From a virus, in IMG/VR virus record IMGVR_UViG_3300027608_000014, positions 84,873-148,872 of that record: DNA of 64,000 nucleotides; one strand, written 5' to 3'. Position numbers and translations under genes: made by a program. Under the pieces are notes generated by a model. The model saw nothing but the letters and a program-made list of their open reading frames with translations. It did no database searches and was not told the DNA's origin. This document shows positions 10,102-17,109 of the stretch, in pieces (the first letter of the stretch is position 1; each line of letters opens with the position of its first letter).

Positions 10102-11126
10102 TGGAAACATCTATCTCAATTACATCAGACATTCTCGAACAGGCCCTTCTACTCAATGTTGAAACCGGCATGTGGTCAGGTAAGACATCACAGGATGCCG
10201 CTGACCTTGAGGCCCAAGGAGCAAACTCTCAGGATGAAATTTTTACAAAGGGGCAAAAGCTCCTGGTTCCCAAGACAGCTCTCGAGCCCTTTGCTCGGAT
10301 CAAGAATCGAATCGTTCAGTATCTTCGTCGGGAAGCCCGACACTTTTATATCAAGAGTACCTGGGTTGTAGCTCGCGACGCTCGTGAGAAGGTCAGTACT
10401 GAAATGGCCAAGTTTGAGGCTGACTGGAATGATATCGGAGAACGATTCATCCAGAACCTTCCTCAGTACAAGGCCACAATGCTAGCTATCTACAGAGAGA
10501 AGTATCCAACACTGGTAGATCGAATTGAGGCTCAGTACCCAACGGATGAAACTATCAGAGCTAAGTGCCGACTCCACTGGACATTTGGCGCCTGGCAGAT
10601 GGCTCAAATCGAAGATGCTGCTGCCGAGGTCGAAGAGCGTTTTCGCGCTAGAGCTAATTCCTATCTGAGCCAGCTGGAACAAGAAGTCTACGTCTCCTCT
10701 GTCGAGGCGGCAGTCGCTATGGCCAAGGGTATGGGAACCAAGACTGGTGAGATCAGTGATAAAAAGATTGCTAAGTTCAGGTCACTGATCAATCGTATTC
10801 GGCAAGACAACGTCTCGTTTTTGAATAGTGATCGCATTCAGTCGTTCCTCTCAAGTGTTGACGATAACATGCTCAACGTCAATAACTGGCAGACTGAAGG
10901 TGAGGCTAAACAGAGAGTAAAGGAGATCCTCGAGACCTACATCGCAGATGCTTCACTGACCGCTGAGGCTGCAGCTATCGCCAGCGCCTATGTCAGACGT
11001 GTGAGTGATGCCACTGAAACCGAAGTCGAAGAGGAAGAAGACGGTGGCGTTACACAGATTAGACGAGTAAAGGCACAGGGCGCTAATGTCGAAGCTGAAG
11101 ACGCTGAGGGCGAGACTCAAGAATAA
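10101..11126 (+). CDS. DUF3150-like protein
   Basis: WSG...GQKLLVPKTALEPF...YPT pattern; acidic tail; TAATG coupling on both sides. Confidence 0.65.
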   Translation: METSISITSDILEQALLLNVETGMWSGKTSQDAADLEAQGANSQDEIFTKGQKLLVPKTALEPFARIKNRIVQYLRREARHFYIKSTWVVARDAREKVSTEMAKFEADWNDIGERFIQNLPQYKATMLAIYREKYPTLVDRIEAQYPTDETIRAKCRLHWTFGAWQMAQIEDAAAEVEERFRARANSYLSQLEQEVYVSSVEAAVAMAKGMGTKTGEISDKKIAKFRSLINRIRQDNVSFLNSDRIQSFLSSVDDNMLNVNNWQTEGEAKQRVKEILETYIADASLTAEAAAIASAYVRRVSDATETEVEEEEDGGVTQIRRVKAQGANVEAEDAEGETQE

Positions 11127-12430
11127 TGAGCGTCCAAGGATATACCGTATCTTTTGTCTCTAAAAAGAAGGGTCATCTACAGGACAAAGTACGCCATTCG
11201 TACGGTCGACTTCTAGCTAATCTTGATGATCTTAGAATCTCTACTAGACTATTTATGCCTAGCGGAACTCGAGAGTCAGACCAGCTTGCGATCAAAAGCA
11301 TGGATAATGATCTGCCCCTGCGGGTCCTCAAGAGTAGCCTACAGAACGTTCTGGATTATGCACCATGTAGGGTCATCTGTGCTCCTGCATCAGAGCTCAA
11401 GTTGATTCAGGGTGAGATACTCAGAGAGCTGGAGCGAATTCCGGTTCATAGGGCTGCCCATGGATTTGTTCGTGGACGCAACTCGCTGAGTTGTGCCCAG
11501 GCGCATCTGTCGTACTGGGGACCTCAGCCTAAGGGCTTAGTTCTCTTAAACGCTGACGTGTCAGGGTTCTTTCACTCTATCTCTAAGGATATGGTAATAA
11601 CCGCCCTCTCTAAGCACGGACTCTCAGATTCTAGTGCCAGTGAGATCGTCAGGCTATGTATGATGCAGGCGTCACCCGAACTGGCCCTAGAGTCAATCCG
11701 AAACCTTGGCATCTTTACGGCTTATAATAGGACAGAACTCAAGGCAGCGATCTCTGAGCTAAAGCCAGTGTTGGAGTGGGACAATCCAGTTATCGATCAA
11801 TACCGACATATGATCACCAAAATGATCATGGGACTAGGGGCATCTATCCAGCCAAATGGTTGGTTTTTGCCTCAAGGGGCTCCAACCAGTCCGATCCTGT
11901 CTAATCTGGTATGTAAGATTGTCGATATACGACTGACTGCAATGGCCAAGGCTTTTGGGGCGTTCTATACGCGCTACGCTGATGATATCACATTCTCCTG
12001 GCCTGCTTTTACGAAGGGTAAAGTGATTGATAGTCTTAAGCGGTGTTCAGCTGAAGTGTTCTCTGAGTACGGAATGGCATACCATCCAAAGAAGATCCGC
12101 GTAGTTGGGCCAGGTGGCTCGCAAGACATTGTTGGATTCGTGATCAACTCTGGCAAGCCAACGGTTAGTCAGAAGTTCCGGAAGCGAATGAGAGCAGAGG
12201 TTTGTGCTCAACAGAAATCTAGAATTGCGACCCCACAGAGCATCATCAATCGACTGATCGGACAGGCTGGGTACATTCAGCCACTGCACCCTAAGGAAGC
12301 ACTTTGGATTAAGGAGCAGGTAGAGGACTTACAATACAAGACCAATAGAAAAGTGCGGATTAGCAATGCCACGGAAACCATCGAATCGACAACTACGACA
12401 AGCAACAGAAAAGTCTCAACAGTCAATTAG
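11126..12430 (+). CDS. retron-type reverse transcriptase
   Basis: KKKG, RVICAP..LKLIQ, AHGFVRGR, CAQAH (NAxxH equivalent), DVSGFFHSI, LPQGAPTSPILSN, YTRYADDITFS, QDIVGFVIN (VTG equivalent). Confidence 0.93.
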   Translation: MSVQGYTVSFVSKKKGHLQDKVRHSYGRLLANLDDLRISTRLFMPSGTRESDQLAIKSMDNDLPLRVLKSSLQNVLDYAPCRVICAPASELKLIQGEILRELERIPVHRAAHGFVRGRNSLSCAQAHLSYWGPQPKGLVLLNADVSGFFHSISKDMVITALSKHGLSDSSASEIVRLCMMQASPELALESIRNLGIFTAYNRTELKAAISELKPVLEWDNPVIDQYRHMITKMIMGLGASIQPNGWFLPQGAPTSPILSNLVCKIVDIRLTAMAKAFGAFYTRYADDITFSWPAFTKGKVIDSLKRCSAEVFSEYGMAYHPKKIRVVGPGGSQDIVGFVINSGKPTVSQKFRKRMRAEVCAQQKSRIATPQSIINRLIGQAGYIQPLHPKEALWIKEQVEDLQYKTNRKVRISNATETIESTTTTSNRKVSTVN

Positions 12431-12812
12431 CCCAGATCAGGTATTTACACCAGGCGATCAGGTGCTAGTGAGTATACCGCACGGACCGGGGGAAACCTCA
12501 AAAGTGTGGGGCTACGTGTTGAAGTCTAAGCTGGTCAAAGGTAAGGTTCCAATAGTGGTTGATGCTGTTGTGGTTATCAACAGAGACCTGAGATTTCAAC
12601 CTGAGTCTTGTGTATTAGTTGATAAAAATAATATTATTTGTCACATACCTGTTGATAGTTCCGGCGCAACACTGAGCATTCAGGTCATCGAGGGTGAGAT
12701 CATAAGCATTAGGAGAATTGATGGACAGAAGTCCCCAATCATTCTTGAACTGGATGAAGACGGCGATCAGCAGTTGTACTCTGTGACTCATCAGCGCGAG
12801 CAGCGAATTTAA
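12366..12812 (+). CDS. RT-associated small beta-rich protein (SH3/KOW-like N-half)
   Basis: Overlaps RT 3' end; FTPGDQVLV motif, Val/Ile-rich strands. Confidence 0.6.
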   Translation: MPRKPSNRQLRQATEKSQQSISPDQVFTPGDQVLVSIPHGPGETSKVWGYVLKSKLVKGKVPIVVDAVVVINRDLRFQPESCVLVDKNNIICHIPVDSSGATLSIQVIEGEIISIRRIDGQKSPIILELDEDGDQQLYSVTHQREQRI

Positions 12813-12816
12813 TTTT

Positions 12817-12934
12817 TAGTGTTGGTTACCCATGGGATCTAAGAGGAACCCTCAAGGTCGGTCCCATGAGTAACCCGCTTTTACCCAAAACTGGGTATGG
12901 ATGAGCTCCTCCCCTTGGGGCGCAGGGCGAATCC
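12817..12934 (+). ncRNA. structured leader of the array
   Basis: Hairpins 12824-12875, 12882-12897, 12899-12934. Confidence 0.5.
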
Positions 12935-12950
12935 TTATTGAATCTTTTCT

Positions 12951-13084
12951 GAACTGGCTTTGGGCACAATGGCTCTCCCCGAGGGTGCCCGAACGTCCAA
13001 CACTATGGGCGTTTCTTGCAACCGCACTTGATGAGTCGAGAGATAAACGAGCCTGGTCGCAGACCAGGCTTGGTATTGCAGTTT
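12951..13084 (+). ncRNA. array unit 1 (msr/msd-like, short msd)
   Basis: GAACTG/CAGTTT arms, G12957; hairpins 12960-12992, 12994-13011; 3' hairpin CGAGCCTGGTC-GCA-GACCAGGCTTG. Confidence 0.65.
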
Positions 13085-13098
13085 ATTTGTTTTTTATC

Positions 13099-13292
13099 AA
13101 TATCTGGCTAAGGTCTTCAAGGCTTTCTTTGGCCCAATCGGCCAGAGTCTAACGTAACCGCCGTAAAACGCACAGTGCGACTGATACAGGGTGGGCACGT
13201 AACCGTCAGCGGCGGACAGCTTCGACGCCTCCCCTAACTCCGCTGGCCTAGCACTGACTACCTACGGGCCCACCCCGTATACTGCAGATTTT
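13099..13292 (+). ncRNA. array unit 2
   Basis: AATATCTG/CAGATTTT arms, G13107; hairpins 13110-13126, 13127-13147; long stem 13184-13201/13263-13280. Confidence 0.75.
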
Positions 13293-13306
13293 AGTTTTTT
13301 TTTGTT

Positions 13307-13557
13307 AGACTTGGCTTGTAATTGTGAGGTCACCCCTCACAGTTCGTCGGCTGTGCCGACGTCGATTATAACTACCTACAAGGAAGTGGGTACGATCTTT
13401 TGCTTACCGATTAGAAGATAATAGCACCGTATTTAAAGAATAAACAATGTTGGGGGAAGCCCAAGGCGCTGCGGACCCTGCTTCTGCGCCGCCCATTTTT
13501 TATTCATTTAAATAAGGCACTATTATAATCTAATCGTCTTCGCAAAATTGCTAGTCT
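13307..13557 (+). ncRNA. array unit 3
   Basis: AGACTTG/CTAGTCT arms, G13314; hairpins 13320-13344, 13345-13361, 13373-13392; long AT-rich stem 13398-13547. Confidence 0.72.
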
Positions 13558-13572
13558 TTAGGTTTTTACTAC

Positions 13573-13786
13573 GAATTGGCTCAACATCATCCCGATGTCG
13601 TCAGCCACCACTGACGTTTTCTGATAGATGTTCAGGGTAACCATGAACCGAGGAGATGCTCGGAGTTATCCTGAAAATCTCTAACTCAATTTCGGATATA
13701 CTCAAAGCCCAAGGGCTATGTATTTCTATCCGATACGAGTTAGAGATTTTTCAGGAAACTCCTCGGATCTCCTCCGCTTGCAATTC
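13573..13786 (+). ncRNA. array unit 4
   Basis: GAATTG/CAATTC arms, G13579; hairpins 13584-13598, 13599-13616, 13630-13648; long stem 13650-13774. Confidence 0.8.
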
Positions 13787-13799
13787 ACAGTACCTTTCA

Positions 13800-14020
13800 A
13801 GAATTTGGCTAAAGCGCAGACTATCGTCTGCTTTGATCAATGGATGAACGTAATAACCCGGCGCGGTACTCCATGACAGGCGCCTGGGCCTCAACCGGTC
13901 GTCGATGGGTCCTACTTTGGGCTGATCGAAGTCCAAACGCTCACCTACAGGATCTCACCCGTCCAGGACCCATCGACGACCGGTTGCTGCCAGGGCGCCT
14001 GTCAGGTTCATGCAAATTCT
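13800..14020 (+). ncRNA. array unit 5
   Basis: AGAATTTG/CAAATTCT arms, G13808; GCAGAC-TATC-GTCTGC; long stem 13874-14004 with a perfect 22-bp block 13892-13913/13965-13986. Confidence 0.82.
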
Positions 14021-14031
14021 AAGTAACTTTA

Positions 14032-14217
14032 AATAATTTGGCCAAGCGCAGACCGAAGTCTGCTTTGATATATAAGTTGATTACAGTGAGTATGCGGTCG
14101 CAGAGCACGCGGAGCTCCGGCTCCACGTCGCACTCTTGCCACTGCTCTCTCCGAATCCCTCCGTGGCTGCGTTACGACGACGGCCCCGGAGCTCCGCGTG
14201 CTCCTTCGCAAATTATT
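14032..14217 (+). ncRNA. array unit 6
   Basis: AATAATTTG/CAAATTATT arms, G14041; GCAGAC-CGAA-GTCTGC; perfect 18-bp stem 14103-14120/14186-14203. Confidence 0.82.
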
Positions 14218-14226
14218 GTTCTTTGG

Positions 14227-14367
14227 AAAGATTTGGCAAGCGCAGGTATCTACCTGCTTTGATTATTGGTCTCATGCACAGGCATGAGTGAGGTGTAATT
14301 CCCGGCCGCTTTACCTGGCCGTACGCAAGAGCGTGCTGCTTCTGGCTAGAATTCCACGCATATCTTT
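14227..14367 (+). ncRNA. array unit 7 (short msd)
   Basis: AAAGATTTG/CATATCTTT arms (one mismatch), G14236; GCAGGT-ATCT-ACCTGC; hairpin 14271-14288; imperfect stem ~14293-14357. Confidence 0.72.
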
Positions 14368-14380
14368 TGTACTTTTCATG

Positions 14381-14585
14381 ACTTGGATGAAGCCTTAGGG
14401 CTTCCGTACCGACTTTGTCGGTGGTTAATTGTAAGACCGCTAGCCTCATAGAGTGGGGGCTACTCGAGCAGGTGGATCCCCCGGGTGCACCCGCCGCTAA
14501 TCACGTCCAGCCAGCGTATTCTCGCCGCGAGTACGTGATAACTGCGGAGCACCTCACGGATCCGCCTGCTCGAGTCTTCGCAAGT
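14381..14585 (+). ncRNA. array unit 8
   Basis: ACTTG/CAAGT arms, G14386; hairpins 14389-14404, 14408-14422; 18-bp stem 14462-14479/14558-14575. Confidence 0.8.
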
Positions 14586-14602
14586 TGATCTGTACTTTTC
14601 TC

Positions 14603-14830
14603 CTCTTGGCTTGGCCTAACAAGCCTGTCGATGCTCTCGTGTCGACATTTAAAGCAACTGACCGTCACTGATTACGTGACGTCGGGGTTGGCTCGCCCAC
14701 CCTCTGTACAAGACGCCCATACCTGCGTGGGTGCACCTGGCTCAGCCGCCTTCCCGGCCAGGCCAGCTGCCCTCACCCTGGTATTGACATTCTTGTACAA
14801 CGGGTCGGGCCCGCCATCCCTTCGCAAGAG
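14603..14830 (+). ncRNA. array unit 9
   Basis: CTCTTG/CAAGAG arms, G14609; hairpins 14626-14647, 14663-14681; long stem 14685-14713/14791-14820. Confidence 0.8.
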
Positions 14831-14838
14831 TTAATAAT

Positions 14839-15294
14839 ATGAACAAAACAATCTATGAAGTATTTTCAGATGGATCAGCAAGCACTCATGGCTGTAAAGC
14901 CGGAGGATGGGCAGCTGTAATCCTAAAAGACGGAAGGCTAAAGAAGATTGTGTACGGAGCTACTTCTGACACTACCATTGGTAAGATGGAGATGCAGGCG
15001 CTGACCGAGGCATTCGCTTTCATCAGGGAACTGCCTGGTGCGTTTGACGCACACATAAAAGCCTTATCAGACAGTCAGTACATAGTGAATTGTGCTGTTG
15101 GCAGATATAAACGATCGGCTAATAAGCCTGAATGGCGCATCTTTGACGCTGCCTCTAAAGGACTAAGCGTAGAGATCGACTGGGTCGGAAGAAATCAAAT
15201 TCCAGAGCAGGCTCAGTGCGACGAACTTGCTGGAGCCTGTCGACTTAAAGTGGAAAATTCAAAAAATCACACTCCCATTAGATATAAACAATGA
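14839..15294 (+). CDS. rnhA: ribonuclease HI
   Basis: FSDGS, GGWAAV, TTIGKMEMQAL, SDSQYIVN, CDELA: all four acidic catalytic residues present. Confidence 0.9.
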   Translation: MNKTIYEVFSDGSASTHGCKAGGWAAVILKDGRLKKIVYGATSDTTIGKMEMQALTEAFAFIRELPGAFDAHIKALSDSQYIVNCAVGRYKRSANKPEWRIFDAASKGLSVEIDWVGRNQIPEQAQCDELAGACRLKVENSKNHTPIRYKQ

Positions 15295-15644
15295 AAATCA
15301 AGAGCATCAATCATGCTGGCTTAAGGGCCAAACTATGGACAGTAAGAAGGCGCTATGCGTATTATATCCAAGGCTGCGCCAGCGATTTCCTTATCGGCAA
15401 GAATCACTCAGAGATCAACAGTGACACTGTGTCAATCAAGGTTGCTACGGAAATCCTAAAAGAACAACTTGAAAAGATCGCCCCGCAGCGAATCAAGTTC
15501 CTACGAAAAAGGATCATCAACGATGAACTGGAGGCCACCAGAATCCACGATGCCTTAACCAACCTAAGCCTCAAGCGACAAGACAAAAGAAACCTTGCAA
15601 AGAGAAAGGCATCAGCCTTGGCGCAGAACGCTTACTACAACTAA
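15291..15644 (+). CDS. hypothetical basic protein
   Basis: ATGA overlap with the RNase H gene. Confidence 0.55.
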   Translation: MKIKSINHAGLRAKLWTVRRRYAYYIQGCASDFLIGKNHSEINSDTVSIKVATEILKEQLEKIAPQRIKFLRKRIINDELEATRIHDALTNLSLKRQDKRNLAKRKASALAQNAYYN

Positions 15645-16005
15645 TATGTTAAAAACCTATCAAGCTCAATACAAGGATGAGTGGTACCAGTTCTTATGCG
15701 TCAGTGGTTTTCATATGAACCCTGAGCGGCTAGGGAACATTAGAGGCGTACCGAGTATGAGAGTTCCTAGTTGCAAGGAGAAACTATAGATGGCTTATGA
15801 TTATCTACAGAGTATAGAGGAAAAGCAGACGCTTCCTGAGCCAAAGATCTGTAATCACACACACCAAGAGCAGACCAACAGTGGATACCTAATCTGCTCT
15901 AGCTGTGGAAGATTAGACCCAGATAATGACCAAGATAAAGAGCAATAAAATAAACACCTACAAGAGAGACCACACGGTCAATGTAAGTATAATAAAAAAA
16001 AATCT

Positions 16006-17109
16006 ATGAGTAATTTTAGGATCCTGTTAACGGCTGATTGCCACATCGGTAAAAATCAATACGGCTCATTTGAGCGCACCCAAGACTTTGCAGCAGTGCT
16101 TCCACAGATAGTACAGATAGCAAAGACTGAGGCTGTCGATCTTGTGGTGGTAGCCGGAGACTTGGCTGACGCTTATCACATTGGTGCCTTCTCCAGTAAG
16201 GCGATTCGCATTTTTGCTGACGACATGAATGAGGCTGGTATTCCAATGCTTATCATCGAGGGAAACCACGAGGCGCCCAAACTAGGACAGGAAAATAGAG
16301 CGGTTGCTCGAATTGACAGTCTTACTGATAAAGTTTTTCGCCCTTCAATGGCAACACTCTTTACTCACTTCAACGGTAAAGAGATTCGACTGGCAGCCGC
16401 CGACTGGATGCCTGCCACCAAACTACCAGACTTTTTGGACAGTCTTCCTTCGAGCCTTGATATACTTATCCTTCACCAAAGCTGTGAGGGGTTCCTGCCA
16501 AAGGTGGGACACACAGAGCTAAAGAAAGCCCAGCTGCTCAACAAAGCCAGAGTCATTGGGATTGGGGACCTACACATATCGAAGACACAGACACTAAGCG
16601 ATGGGTCCATCATCATCTCCCCAGGAAGCACAGAGCTGTGTGCTAGTGATGAGTCTACAGATAAGAGCGTAACGATCGTAGACATTGGAGATAAAATTTC
16701 TATCAGACAGGTGAAATTGGACACTAGAATGGTTGTCAAGTTTCGCATCTCTGAAGAAGCTTCTCTGACTGACGTTGATAGTCAACTCAGGGTCTTCGTG
16801 GATAGCAATCCATTGGTGTTCCTTGAGTACAGCAGTTCCATCAGACCGCTTGTGGAACTCAAACTTGTGGAGTGGGAAAACTTAGGTCTAACCCTGATCC
16901 AGTCAGATATGATTGTAGAGATTAATCTAAACGATAGATTTGTAGCTACCAAAGACAGTGCAAATGCAGAGATGGAGTCAATTATCGCAGAGAGACTGAA
17001 AGATCATCCACTCGAGCAAGATGCCAGCATTGCTCTGTGGAAATCCCCAAGCGCTGCTGAAGAAATTATTCAAAAACTAGAAAGTCAGATACGACAACAA
17101 TCACTATGA
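16006..17109 (+). CDS. sbcD: SbcD/Mre11-like nuclease
   Basis: TADCHIG, AGDL, GNHE, LHQ, GDLH, PGS metallophosphoesterase motifs. Confidence 0.9.
   Translation: MSNFRILLTADCHIGKNQYGSFERTQDFAAVLPQIVQIAKTEAVDLVVVAGDLADAYHIGAFSSKAIRIFADDMNEAGIPMLIIEGNHEAPKLGQENRAVARIDSLTDKVFRPSMATLFTHFNGKEIRLAAADWMPATKLPDFLDSLPSSLDILILHQSCEGFLPKVGHTELKKAQLLNKARVIGIGDLHISKTQTLSDGSIIISPGSTELCASDESTDKSVTIVDIGDKISIRQVKLDTRMVVKFRISEEASLTDVDSQLRVFVDSNPLVFLEYSSSIRPLVELKLVEWENLGLTLIQSDMIVEINLNDRFVATKDSANAEMESIIAERLKDHPLEQDASIALWKSPSAAEEIIQKLESQIRQQSL

Larger units (their letters stand above)
12951..14830 (+). repeat. tandem array of nine retron msr/msd-like ncRNA units
   Basis: Each unit closed by its own inverted repeat (..TG|G ... 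G|CA.., G|CT in unit 3), with short 5' hairpins and a 3' hairpin; constant 27-29-nt junction register; no credible CDS. Confidence 0.85.

Noticed and set aside
13500-13536. dif/Xer-like site or TATAAT promoter inside the unit 3 stem
   Set aside because: Only loose similarity with wrong spacing; the sequence is explained by pairing with 13408-13449
14121-14131. 11-nt identity CTCCACGTCGC with 60421-60431 (possible target of a unit)
   Set aside because: Matches of this length are expected by chance between a 2-kb region and a 64-kb window
12951-14830. CRISPR array
   Set aside because: No identical direct repeats with fixed-length spacers, units are 134-251 nt, and no cas genes are present
11126-14830. 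Diversity-generating retroelement or group II intron
   Set aside because: RT has LPQGAPTS/YADD retron-type motifs and no maturase/En domain; no TR/VR pair with A-specific mismatches and no domain V were seen
12901-14834. Short ORFs listed in the array region (12901, 13656, 13751, 13840, 14029, 14038, 14213, 14631)
   Set aside because: Short, on mixed strands, no motifs, and they cut across RNA stems; best explained as chance ORFs
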